DNA of 64,000 bases from Mobula hypostoma (taxonomy: Eukaryota): NCBI RefSeq assembly GCF_963921235.1, contig NC_086097.1:43092001-43156000 (forward strand), given 5' to 3'. This document shows, in pieces, positions 36,296 through 49,559 of the stretch. Positions within the stretch are counted from its first letter, which is position 1. Each line of letters opens with the position of its first letter. A model generated the notes under the pieces. It did no database searches. It had not been told where the DNA came from and was given only the letters and a program-made list of their open reading frames with translations. The position numbers were made by a program, and so were the translations under genes.

Positions 36296-39200
36296 TTCAA
36301 AGTTCAAAGTAAATGATGGATGCTGCTTTCCTACAACAGCACTCCTTGTAGATGTACTCAATGGTGGTGAGGGCTTTACCTGTGAACTGGACTGTATCCA
36401 CTACTTTTTGTAGGCTTTTCCATTGAAGGGTATTGGTGTTTCCATACCAGGACTTGATGAAATCAGTCAGTATAATCTCCACTGCACATCTACAGAAGTT
36501 TGTCAAAGTTTAAGATGACATGCCAAATCTTCACAAACTTCTAAGAAAATAGAGGTGCTGCTGTTCTTGCTTTATAATGGCACTTAAGTGCAGGTCCCAA
36601 GACAGATCCTCTGAAATGAAAGCACTGAGGAATTTAAAATTTCTGACCCTCTCCACCTCTGATCCCCAATGAAGATTGGCTCATGGATCTCCGGTTTTTT
36701 CCTCCTGAAGTAAATAATCAACTCTTTGGTCTTGCTGACATTGAGTGAGAGGTGGTTGTTTTAGCACTGCTCAGCCAGATTTTCAGTCACTCTCCTCCAT
36801 GCTGATTCCTCACCTGCTTTGATACAGCTAACGGCAGTGGTGTCATCAAGAAATTTTAAAATGGCATTGGAGCTGTGCTTAGCCTCACAGTCATAAGTGT
36901 AAAGTGAGTAGAGCAGGGGACTAAGCACACAGCTTTGTGGTGAACGAGTGCTGAAGGTGACTGGAGAGTATGTTGCTGCCAATCTGATCTGACTCATGTC
37001 TGCAAGTAAGGAAGTCAAGGATCCAGATGCACAAGGAGATTTGAGGCCTAGATATTGAAGCTTATTGGTTAGCTTTGACGGGATGATGGTATTTAATACC
37101 GAGTTGTAGACACTGAAGACCATCCTGATGTATGCATCTTCATTGCCAGATGTGCCAAGGTTGAGCGAAGTGCAAATAAAATGACATCTGCTGTTGATTT
37201 GTTGTGACAGTAGGCAAGTTCAAAGTACATTTATTATCAAAGTATGTATACTATATACACCTTGATATTCATCTCCTTATAGGCAGCCACAAAACAAAGA
37301 AACCCAATAGAACCCTTTCTTTAAAAAGAAGTCATATAGCCAATGTGCAGAAAAAAACAAATTGTGCGAACAATAGAAGTAAGCAAATAACATTCAGAAC
37401 TGAAGTTCCCAAAAGTGAGTTCACAGCCACAAAACCAGTTACAGTCAATCCAGGAGACCCTTAGTTGCAGGTCACTACCTCAGTTCACTACAAAGATCGG
37501 CTAGAACACTGGCCCATCTCTCTCCTCTGGGCCTGATACCCTGACCCTTTCAATCTGGCCTGGTGCTTAAATTGGCCAAACATCAGGTGGTTCCTTGTTC
37601 TTGGTCCTGGGCCCCGCCACCTCAATTCAGCCAGTTCCCAATCTTTCCCCTCTGGTGTGGCTCCTGTGTAAGTCAAACATCGACTTGTTCCTTGCTCTCG
37701 GGCCCTGCAGCCTCTACTCTTCCTCGTCTCGGTTTAGCAGCTTTGAGTTGCCTCCAAGTTTGCTCCAGCAACAGCCAAACATTGGCCTGGGTCCTGCTGC
37801 TTCGATTTGACCTGTACATCCATACCACGACCATTCTGCAACTCAGAGACTCCAGTTCACACCACAGAATGCCAGGTTGTACAAGCTGTCCAAAAGCTCA
37901 ACTCTGAAAGGGCAGTTGCAGGCAATTGATTGCAATAATAGTTTTTGAGGAAAAAGTGCAATGAAGTAATTCGTATTTCTGCTGCCAGCAACACATCACT
38001 GTGCTTCATGTTAAACAGAAATTGGACTGGATCCAGGTCGCTTCTCAGGCAGGAGTTAATATGTTTCATCACCAACTTCTCAAAGCACTGTATGTGTTAC
38101 TGGACGATAGTCATTGAGGCAGGTTACTATGTTCTTCTTGAGTACCGATATAATTGAAGCCTGCTTGAAGCAGGTGGGTACCACAGACTGCTGAAGCAAG
38201 AGTTAAAGATATACTGATATCTTTAATTGACCATTCCAACCAGTTAATCAGCGCAGGTCTTTACTACTCAGCCTGTCTGAGCCGGATTCTTTCCATGGGT
38301 TAACCCTCTTGAAAAATCCTCCCACATCAGCCTCAGAGACTGTAATCACAGGGTCATTGGTGAATGTGGGAGTATGTGAAGGTGCCTCCATGTTTTGATG
38401 GTCAAAACTAGCATAAAAGGCGTTGAGCTCATCTGGATGTGAAACCTGTGTTGCTTGGGTTCACTTTGTTGGAAGTGAAAGAATTCAAGTGCTGCCCTAG
38501 CTGTCAAGCATCCTTCAGTGATTGAAGTTTAGTCTAGAGATGCTACTTAGTACGTGAGGTGGTTTTCTGGCGGTTGTACCTGGACCTCTTGTATTTTACT
38601 TGGTCGCCAGACTTGAATGCCACTTATCTGGCCCTCAGCAGACTGTGGATCTCATGATACATACAGAACTTCTGGTTAGGGATGACTCTGAATGATTTTG
38701 TGGGGACACATTCATTTTTATAAAACGAGTTTTCATAAGGTCCGTGATAACCATGGCGTATTCATTCAGATCCTCTGAGTCCTTGAATATGGCCCAGTCC
38801 ATCCAGTAGCCACTCCTTTGCCTCCTGCAACTACCCCTTTGTTGTCCTTACTTCTAAATTCTTGCTCTTTATCCTCTACCTGTATGCAGGTAGGAGGACA
38901 GCCAGATGATGGGATCAGAATCAAGTTTATTATCACTAGCATATGTTGTGAACTTTGTTAACTTTACAGCAGCAGTACAATGCGATACATGATAAGTATA
39001 GAAAAAAACGGAGTTACGTAATATATATGTATATTAGTTAATTGAAGGTAAGTAGTGCATAAACAGAAATTTTAAGTAGTGAGGTAGTGTTCATGGGTTC
39101 AATGTCCATTTAGAAAGCAGATGGCAGAGGGGAGGAAGCTGTTCCTGAGTGCAGGCTTTCAGGCAACAATGAGAAGTGGGCATGTCCTGGGTGGTGGGGG

Positions 39201-40410
39201 TCCTTGATGATGGAAGCTACTTTTCTGAGGCATCGCTCCTTGAAGAACTCTTGGATACCACGGTTGCTAGTACCCATGCATGGAGCTGACTAATTTTACA
39301 ACTCTCTGCAGCTTACATTGACCCTATGCAGTAGCACCCACCCCCCCCACGCATACCAGACAGTGATGCAGTCAGTCAGAATGCTCTCCACGATACATCT
39401 GTAGAAGTTATTGAGTGTTTTAGGTGACAAATCAAATCTCCTCAATCTCCTGATAAAATACTCCCTCCACTTCTGATCCCTCTGAGGATTGGTTTGTGTT
39501 CTCTTGTCTTTCCCTTTCTGAAGTTCACAATCTGCTCTTTTGTCTTACTGATATTGAGTACAAGGTTGTCACTGAAACACCACTCAACTAGTTGGTATAT
39601 CTTGCTCCTGTACACCCTCTCATCACCATCTGAAATTCTGTCAGATACAACGATGGTTGTATCATTAGCATTTTTATAGATGGTATTTAAGTTATGTCTA
39701 GCCACACAGATTTCTTGAAATGCAGTCAAGGAATCGAAGAATAGGCATTCCTAATCGAAGTATAACAGTGGTCAAGTGTGTTGGGGTCTGTTATACTGCA
39801 GGTGACATGTTGATGATAATTGGCCAGAGATTTCTTCAAACAACCCTGATTGAAGTCCTCAGTAATGATTTGAAAGGCATCGGGGTAGGCTGTTTCTTGT
39901 TTGCTGATCATGACACTCAGTATGTCTAGTACATTGGCCTTTGGCGGTACATAAACTGCGGTTAGGATCACAGAGGAGAACTCACGCGGTAAGTAGAATT
40001 GTCAGCACTTCCCCCGTCTTTTGCCTTCTCAGATTCAGCAGTCCAGTCCATCCAGTATATGAAGAAACCCTTGGATCTTACCAACATGCCCGAGGTCAGC
40101 CATGTCCCTGTGAAACACAGAACCCAGCTATCCCTCATTTACTTCCAATGCAGCAAATCTTGCTCTTCGGTCCTCCACCTTATTCTCCAATGACTGTGTA
40201 CATTTGCTGACAAGATACCAGGTAGAGGAGGCTTCATACTCCGACGTTTTCATCTGACTTAGAGTTTTCCCCTCCCCCTTCTCTTCCAGCTGTAGTAGTG
40301 CACCAGTGATGGCAAGATGGTACTGATAAAACACAGCGACGCTTTGTGGGCAGCTTATAAAACTTATAAATTTACTTCTGAACTATTCTCAGTGCAATCT
40401 GCAGCCTGTA
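36296..40410 (-). mobile_element. Rex1/Babar LINE cluster with nested insertions (~37217-37940 non-coding retroelement; ~38915-39718 Rex1 3' pieces)
   Basis: Minus ORFs LTAVYVPPKAN..DFNQ..NTLDHCY, VMKHINSCL..DLDP, CVLSPLLYSLYTYDC..KFLDDTT, KSWYGN..LQKVV. Confidence 0.85.
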
Positions 40411-40958
40411 ATTTCCCTCTATTGAAATGAATGAGAAATCATTCGAAAATTGGGTTATTAAAGAAACTGACTCATTAGACATCAATTCTGACAGAACTGT
40501 TGCAGAAAGATCTCAGTAAACAGCTGCCAGAGATTTGCTGCTTCCATGTTCACGCACACCACATGCTTGTTAGTTATGCTTGCCATCTTGTTAGTTATAC
40601 ACTTTGCTGGCATTTTTCAGCAGCCATAGATAATTCTGAGAAGAACGGCAGAACTTTTAAAAATAATTATTTAACGGCTCAACAGAATTAAGTAGTTAGC
40701 TCGTAATCAATTGTCTTGAGGTTATTCCTCCATATTCTAATTTGGGAAAGTACTAGGTTCATGTACTAATTTAGATTACCTGGTTATGTTTCTTGTCTTT
40801 TAACATATAAAATCTAATTCTAACGATTAAACAATAACTTTCAGTCTGATGTAGAGAATGTCTTTGTTCAACTTTTGTGCATTATTAATTATGATGGTGA
40901 CCTCAGTTTCATTAGAGGCTTAAATTAGTCAACAGTGTTTCCCTTTATCTCTTCCTAG

Positions 40959-41031
40959 GTGATGCATGGATATATAATGTTGGAGCTAGTGAATGGAGGC
41001 AACTGGAGCATTGTCCTAAGAATAGACCCAG
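40959..41031 (+). CDS. KLHDC1: KLHDC1 coding exon 10, 73 bp
   Basis: cctag|GT...CCCAG|gtataa. DAWIYNVGASEWRQLEHCPKNRP. Confidence 0.94.
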
Positions 41032-41409
41032 GTATAAACAAAGGAAATTTCTGCTGAAGAATGCAACTTTTTTTGTGTACATAAAAAATCAGTAATTATT
41101 ATTTGAGAGGACTCACAAAATTCGCCATATTTCAGTATTTAGACAGTGGGCAGGGTAAAAGAAGACAACGAAGGTAAACTTAAAGTGAACTTGTGTATGT
41201 GGTAACAAATTGGAAATTCTGTTTAAATCATTGATTTGATCCTGTGCAGAATTTGAAATACCAAAGTTGCATTGTCCAATTCTAAACAGTTTGCCTAAAA
41301 TAAATATTCATTAGTTATTAAATAATTACTATAATTTTTAAACTTAAAACCATCTATTTTGGGGAAAAATAAAAATGCAGCAATTAAATAAATTAAATTA
41401 ACAAAGCTG

Positions 41410-42755
41410 ATTAAAGACTTGTAACTGTAGACCTGTGACTCTTAACATCATTGGTAGGGAAGATGTCGGAAAAATATTCTTAGGAAAAGAAATTGGAAAG
41501 GCAAGGACGAATCAATGCCAGCCAACCTGACTTTGTCAAGGGCAGATCCTGTCAGACTAATTTGATTGAAATCTTTGAAGCGGTAACAAAGTGTATTAAA
41601 AAGGGCAGGGTAATATAATTTACATAAACTTTAGTAAAGCCTTTGACAAGGGCCCTCATGGGAGATTGGCTTGCCAAGTAAGGGCTCATGGAATCCAGGG
41701 CAAGTTGGTAAACTGTATTCAAAACAGACTTGGAATAGCAAACCTCGGGTGATGCCAGAGGGTTGTTTTTACAATCAGATACCTGTGACTAGTAGCGTAC
41801 CACAAGGATTGGTGCTGGGACTCTTGCTCTTTGTAATGTACGTGAATGACTTTGATATGGGAGGCATGATCAATAACTTTGTGGATGACATGAAGTGGTG
41901 TTTGGTAGTATAGAATGTAGTCTTCGGCCACGGAGATCATTGTTTTGGCGAAATAGGCTGAATTTGATGGTGATTAATTGAGACAAATGTAAGATGATGG
42001 TTTGCAGGAGAACTAATGAGGTTGCAGTAATGTAGATATACACAATGAATGTTAGGGTCTTGGGAGGTATTACAGAACAGTAAATTATAGTAAAATTTCA
42101 TAGATATTTGAAGGTGGCAATCAGATATACAACATAGGAAGGCATATGGGATATTGTCCTTAATTAATTGGGCCATTGAGTACAGAAGTAAGGAGGTTAT
42201 GCTCCAACTTTATGAAATTTTGGCCAGACTTCAGTTGGAATAGTGTTGCAATTCTGCTCACCAAGGAAGGATGTGGTAGCACTGGACAGTGTGTAAAGGA
42301 GATTAACCAGGATGTTGCTTGGGGTGAAGTAGTTCAATTATGAGGAGGAACCGGAGTAGTATTTTTTTACCCCCCTGGGAGCAGAAATTGTTACGGGGAG
42401 ACATTCTGAAGTGTATAAAACTGAGGGTATAGATGGGTAGACTGCAGGAAACTTTCATACATATCAGAGGAAGGTAAAACTAGAGGTTTAAGGTAAGGAG
42501 GAAGAGTGGATTTGAGGAGGAGATTCTTCAACCTGAGGGAGCAAGCAATTGGAATATAGAGGTACGTACTCTGGATAGAGTGGTTGAAGCTGGGTTGCTG
42601 ATAACATTTATTAAGTGTATGGATGAGCACTTCAATCATTTGGACAAAGATGGCAATGGACCAGGTATGGGGAATGGGGTTAATATGGAAGGGTATCCAA
42701 TGCTTAGCATGGACAAGTTGGGCCAATTGGCCTGTTTCCATGCTGCATGGATTTC
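41410..42755 (+). mobile_element. Degraded CR1 RT/3' fragment
   Basis: FSKAFDK, PVTSSVPQGLVLGLLLFVMYVND..FVDD, followed by a CR1 tail. Confidence 0.85.
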
Positions 42756-43619
42756 TGAGAATATCAATGTGGTGCTATACACTTAACTTGTATCTACTGT
42801 TTCCTGCAAGCAAGGTTTCCATTTTTAAATGAAATTTTGTTTTAAAAAAAGTTGATATTTCTCCACAGGGAATTAGGAATGGGAATTGAAAAAATATTGC
42901 TTCCACTCTCAGGGCTGTACTCTCTAGTGCAAAAAATTAGGTTATATGCTAACTAGTACAGTATATGATTTTTTTTTTAAAAAGAACAAATGTGCAACTT
43001 GTGAGTTACATGCTCAACTTCAGTTGATAAAATTTTCTTATTGAATAGTTGCAGCACTCAGTCCATAGAATTCTTATGTAGCTCTTCACAAGAGCAATCC
43101 AGGTCATCACATCTCCCTTTTCTTTCCCAGAGACCCTGTTTTTATTTTCTAAGTATCAAACAAATTCTGGATAGGTTTGATTCTTCTTCCTCTATTTTCA
43201 GATAATGAATTGTAGATACTGACTACTTGCAACACAGGATCCAGTACTGGTTGTAACGCTGTATTCCATAATACAGCTTCAGATATTTGAGCACTTTTGT
43301 GTCCCTGCGTTTCTGTTCTAGTGTCCTCTTCAGAACTGTCCGTTTCTTATTCCTTTACATTTTCTTCTTCATAGTAAAGTCTATTACTTTACTCTTCTTG
43401 ACAGTACAGTGATAAAAAAGGTATTTAGCCAAGACGTTAATCCTGTTTCTTTCTTCACAGATGCTGCATGGCCTTCTAGGTATTTCCCACATTTTCTGTT
43501 TTCAATACTTCATTTCAGCCCCTAGAATGAATTAATTGCCAGCTGAATTTTAGCTGAATAATTTATTGTTATGCTTTAAATGCTTTTTGAAAGTCCACAA
43601 TTTAACAGCATTGTCCTCA

Positions 43620-45060
43620 TTAAGATAGAACATAGAGCAGTGCAGCACAGTACAGCCCCACAGCCTACGATATTGTACCAACCTTTTAACTTACTCCAAG
43701 ATCAGTGTAACCCTTTCCCTCCCATAGTCCTCCATCTTTGTTTCATTTAGTTGTCTATTGAAGATGTTTTAAATGTCTTTTGTGTATCTGCCTCTTCCAC
43801 CATCAATGCCAGTATGTTCCATACACTTGCCACTCTGTTTTTTTTAAAAAAAACAAAACAACCTCTAACTTCCCCAAACCCACACTTCCCTCCAATCACC
43901 TTAAAATTTTGCCCTTTTGTATTAACCATTGCTACTCTGTAGAAAAAGGTACTGGCTGTCTTATACACCTCTATCAAGTCACATCTCATTCTCCTTTGCA
44001 CCAAAGGGGGGGGGGATCTAAGTTCACTCAACCTTTTAAGACATGTTCTCTGATCTAGCCAGGATCCTAGTAAATCTCCTCTGCACCCTCTCTAAAGCTT
44101 CCATCTCCTTCCTATAATGAGGCAACCAGAAGGGAATACAATATACTTGTAGTCTCTGTGGAGTTTTATAGAGCTGCTGTATTACCTCACGGTTCTTAAA
44201 CTCAATCCCCTTACAAATGAAGGCCAATACACCATATGCCTACTTGACAACTTGTGTGTCAACTTTGAGGGATCTATGAACAATGACTCAAGATCCCTCT
44301 GTTCCTCCACATTACCAAGAATCCTCGTTTAATTTGCACACTGCCTTCAAGTGCAACCTTCTAATGTGAATTACTTCACACTTTTCTGGGTTGAACTCCA
44401 TCTGCCACTTCTCAGCACAGCACTTCATCGTATCAGTGTCACGTTGTAACTTATGACAACCTTCGTGTCATCTTCAAACTTACTAATCCACCCTTCCACT
44501 TCCTCTAAGTCATTTATAAAAGTCACAAAGAGCAGGGGTCCCAGAACGGATGCCTGTGGAACACTACTCATCGTAGACCTCCAGGCAGAATACAGTCCAT
44601 CAATTATCACCCTCTGCCTTCTTGGGGCAAATAAATTCCCAATCCATAAATTTCCCTGACTCGCATGCTTTCTAATGAGCCTACAAAGGAACCTTGTTGA
44701 ATACCTTACTCAGATGCATATATACCACATCCACTAGTCTACCTTCATCAGTTTGTTTTAAATGAAGTAGCTATCAGCATACTATGAGCCTTCACCCTGT
44801 CTAACTGTTACCACTTCCGGGGCACCACATACTTCTATCCATAGCTTTCTCTTGAGATGCACTATCATTCATTGTGCAAGTAATACCTGGTTTAACTCCC
44901 AAAATGCATTATTTTGCACTTAGCTGAGTTGAATTCCCATCTGTCATCCCTTTTCCTAGTTCAGCTAAATTCCACTTTTACAAAAAACAATAACCTTCAC
45001 TGTCCACAATACCATCAATATTGATATCATCTACAAACTTGCTGATTATGCCACCTACCA
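43620..45060 (-). mobile_element. CR1 RT/3' fragments
   Basis: Minus ORFs VPQASVLGPLLFVTFINDL..KFEDDTK, LERVQRRFTR, RRMRCDLIEVYK. Tail ATAGAACATAGAGCAGTGCAGCACAG. Confidence 0.85.
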
Positions 45061-48000
45061 TTTGATTAATTTAGAGTTAATGCATTAATTAGATTAATTC
45101 ACTTTTAGTTGTGGCATGTGTTAGAATCTCAAGGACAATGCTATGTTTTATTTTATGATGTTTGTTCACATGCATAATTTCATAGTATGAAGAACTAATA
45201 AACAGACAATTCCCACATTGGAAAACCAACATATGAAGGCATGTTATGACCAAAGTCTTCAAGTACATTATGTAGCACTACTTTCAATGGAAATGTTAAG
45301 TCCTGGAACAGACAACTCAGTTGTCCCCTTAGCTACAAGTTCAAGTTTGGGTAGGCAAATTGAGAAATAGTTTCAGAAATTTAGTTTGGTCTTGAGTAGA
45401 TAGTTTCTGTGTTCCAGGTATCTGTGCATCATTACCTCATTAATCTGCTACCTATTTTGAAAACATTAAAGTAAATGGTTTCATCAAATTTCTCGTGAAA
45501 GAAATTTTATTTTTCACAGTGTGTCATTATACCTAAAATGGTTAAAGAATCTTTGCATGGTACATTTACAAAGTGACTATGTAAAGAATTGTTAGTGGAT
45601 CTTGTATCTTGGTGTCAGATCCTTGAGCACTATTTACATCAATTTAGAAATTTTGATTTTTGCTGTGTATTTCACGAATTGCTAATTAGGCTTCCAACCT
45701 GTGAAACAAAGGAAATTACCAGAACTGCTATTATATTTTAATTATGTTGTAAATACTTTATTTCATGATAGGTGTGCTATTAGGTTAGAACTAAGTTTCC
45801 ATATCATGCCCTAATCTTTTCAAAATACATTGACTTAAATTTTGTTATTGAACTATGGCCTAATGTCTCTAATTGGAGATTTTCCCATTTAGGGACTCAC
45901 TAATAAAGATTTTAAATTCATTTTAATTGTAGGTATTTTTAAATTTAAAAAAGATGTTATAGCCTCTTTAATTTTCAGAGGAGTTTTAATGTTAGATTAG
46001 GTTAGATCATGCAAAAAATTGCTTAGCATTGGTACAAATGCAAATTATATTTAAATTATCTATTAAATTTCAAAATTGTATTCCCTGTTTAAAAAAATTG
46101 TACAAGATATTTGTGGATTGGGCTTTTAAATTTTGTATGATGAGCTGTACACATACAGTTTGAATGATTTCCATATTGCTGTTTAATGTAGATATAGGGA
46201 TTTGTTTATTTTTCTGGTTTTGATAATTACTGTTGTAAAATAATCCTAATATTTCACATTTTGTAACTGTGCTTTTTAGTTGTAGTTTGTTTCATTTTTT
46301 AAGTCTCCCATTTTCATTCTGTATATATTATGAATAAATAATTGAAACATTCTGTAATAGAATTTATACTAGTTATGGCAGTGACGTTTTGCACCGTTTT
46401 AGATTAGCAGCAACCAAGCGTAATAGAGCACTGTTACAGTCTGTACAAAAAAAAGGATCAGGTTGCAAGCTAGGATTTCAACATGTTCGAGTCAGGAAAG
46501 TCTACTCCATGTTCTACGGTGAAGCAGCCCAGGCAGGAGTTTACCAACAGCAAGTCATGAGGCAAAGGTTTTGATGAGGTGAGGAAAGCAAAGGCAGATG
46601 CAGAGTGCAGGGCAAGGAAATGTAGACTGCTTCTTAGTTCAACACAGGTGGGAAAAAATTATTTATATTAATATTGTCTAGTTAAAGTAGGGTGATTATT
46701 GTAGCAGATCAGTTAAGAGTACAATACATGATTTCAAGATTATATTGTTTAGATTACTTTCCATTGCCAGATTATTAGAAATAAGTTCCAGAAGTCTACA
46801 CTGGATTCAGCTCGGAATACAGAGGGGAAGTTTCATAAACTAGAACTAGTTTGTAATAAGAAAGGCATGTCCTGCATGTTTTGTGCCCTTTTACATGCCT
46901 TTATTTAAAAACCCATGTAAATATAAAACTGAAAATTATTCTTTTTTGGCAATAAAATGTTGAAACTTATTATCAATTTAATATCTTGATGCATAGACTT
47001 GTGTTTTAGAATATACGTATAAAGGTTCGACATTCAACTGCGTAATTTATTTATACTGAACAAATTATAGATGAGTTTAGCATTAAGATGGGTATCTGCC
47101 ATTTTAAAGAATTTTAACACCACAACAGAATTTTTTCCTTTTTATATTTATAAATTCATATTCCCAAATCAGCTATCTTATTTTCTACTGCTGGTGCTGT
47201 TGTGAATGGTTATATACTATTAATATTTTTTATTGTTGAGAGAAGCTTTATTGTAGCAGTGAATTAATTTTTACTGCTGATTTAGCCATTTATCTTTTGG
47301 GTATCTTTCTGCATTGTATCATTTATTGCAGATTCCAGGCTAAAGTTTAGAAATCACCAGAGGTATTTTTGAGTGTCTCTCAATTTGTTTGTTGCTTTCC
47401 TTTCATCAGCTGTGAATTTTGATCAGAGTTCTAATTGTAATGAACAGGACCATGGACATCAGTGCAGTAATATCTTGAATTATTAGCACTTAATGCAATA
47501 CAGATTTGAATCCTGTATAAATTAGTAGAGGAAAAGATTGCATATCCTCCTCCCAGTTTGCTTTTCTTGGCAAGAAGCATCTTATCTGAAGTATTTCACC
47601 ATTTGCATATCTGATTAATGCTGCAGCACTGCTTTCTCTAAAAACTAAAATCTGTATCTTCCTAAAATTCTCTAAAACAATTTATCATTAGAACTTTCCA
47701 CAAATCCAAACATGCTCAGCAGTATATTGTGGATTGCCAGGTGACTTTCAATGCAGATATCTGTATTGACTTCCTTTGTTATGTTTTGTATATCAGTTCT
47801 GAAACAACATTTGGATAATACTAAAGAAGTAACTGTCTTCCATTGTACATTGGTAGAACAAATAACACTTTTAATCAGATTTTGTAATCTGATATCTTGA
47901 CAATTCACCATTCATGCAAATCACTATGGAGGCAGTAGTAACTCAATATGTAAAGAAAACAAGTACATTTGGATAGTTTTTTTATTTTGTGGATTTTATA

Positions 48001-48139
48001 TTAAATTTTGTTTGAGAGCAGTTGAACATGGCTAATTAAAGACATTCTTAAATTTTAGATCTAGTTTCAAACTACTGATAAATAACTCGGGAAGGAAGGA
48101 TACAACAAAGCACTTCAATTTGATTTCCTACTGCAACAC

Positions 48140-48450
48140 AGAAAAGGCCATTTTACCTGTATATGCTGGCTCCTGGCAGAGCAATCCCATCTGTCCCAAA
48201 TATTTATCCCCTGTTGTCCTGTAACATTCTCTTTTGATTTGTTTACCACTTGCGTATCTACATTAGGAGTAATTTTCAGAAACCAGCTAAACCACAAAAT
48301 ATGCTTTTGAGATGTGAGAGAAAACTGGTGAATGCAGCGGAAACCATCTAGTCATGGGGAGAATATGCAAACTTCAGAAGGAATACAAATCAGAACAAAC
48401 CCAGATCCTTTGAGCTGTGAGACAACAATACCAACTTGAGCACTGCCATA
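48140..48450 (-). mobile_element. V-SINE (HE1-like), degraded
   Basis: Reverse V-domain TTTTGAGATGTGAGAGAAAACTGG..GGAAACC..CATGGGGAGAATATGCAAACT. CR1-type tail at the left end. Confidence 0.65.
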
Positions 48451-49231
48451 TGGTCCTTAACTTTATCGCTTTCCTTGATTCTTTCTTGTTTAGAAAACCT
48501 TATACAAAATTTGTTCAGAGTGGACCCACTCTGAATAGGGATCTTTTGGTCTCCTTTAGAGCAGCTTTCTTCCTTGACATTTCCTAGATGGTCTTTATTA
48601 CCATTTTCCATCTTATATAGTTGAAGGTATTGACTGCCACTCAAGAGGCATTGGTTAATTATGATCAAACCAAATTAAAAGCTTTCAAAATCTAGACAGT
48701 TTTAATTACTAAACATGGCAAATAGTTTTACATTAGTATAGGTTTTGAAGGTGAGTAAGCAACTTTTATTTAAAAGATTAATTTCTACTCTTATAAATCA
48801 AAATATACATGCTCTCTCAAGATAAATATTCTATGAACTTTTCATGCTAAATTTTATCAATGTTATGTATTTCATTTGATAAACTTGAACAAAGTACGTG
48901 GTGTACAAATTTTAAACACTAACAGGATACCTATTACATCCACATTGAATGGAAAGAATTCTGGTGAAAAATAAAAGGGAAGGGCATTTTAATACTTTCT
49001 GAGAAAGCAGTTGTGCAAAGATATGGTATTGATTATGTCTTCATTCAACGTTTAGAAAAAATTAGCACTGACAGCTCTCAACCTTAAATTGTCTATGATT
49101 GCACAATTTAAAGAAGATAAATCATAGTTGCATATTAACATTTACTGTTATGTATTAGAAAAAAGGAAATAAAACCTTTGGCATTCATAACAAATATATT
49201 TTAATCTATTTAACATTGAAAACATCTGCAG

Positions 49232-49316
49232 GTTGTGGCATACAGCCTGTTTGGGGAAGGAGCATGAAGTGATGGTGTTTGGTGGGAGTAAAGATGACCT
49301 GCTGTCCTTCGATTCT
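49232..49316 (+). CDS. KLHDC1: KLHDC1 coding exon 11, 85 bp
   Basis: tgcag|G...TCT|gtgagt. LWHTACLGKEHEVMVFGGSKDDLLSFDS, near-identical to KLHDC1 LWHTACLGKENEIMVFGGSKDDLL. Confidence 0.96.
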
Positions 49317-49559
49317 GTGAGTACATTTTTTCGAAATGATTTGTCTTTGTAATAGTAAATCAAGATTGGAGAACAAGTGTGTTAGTTAAAATAGTTTCTA
49401 GTTTTTCTTTAAACTCACAATCTCTGGTTCTTGAACTATAAACATTTTTCATTATTGATACTTGCTAATTTTTAATCACTTAAGTAAAGTGAGAAGGAAG
49501 AATTAAATGACAGAAGAGTTAAGAAAGTTAAGTGAAAATGCAGTTTTTAGAAATGCATA

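Noticed and set aside
46483..47345. Joined peptide MFESGK...NSKS(TGA)GKGFDE|IPG* as a selenoprotein or PDE6-gamma-like pseudogene
   Set aside because: Similarity to PDE6G (GFGDDIPG) is only a few residues, the splice position does not match, and I see no SECIS. Treated as chance.
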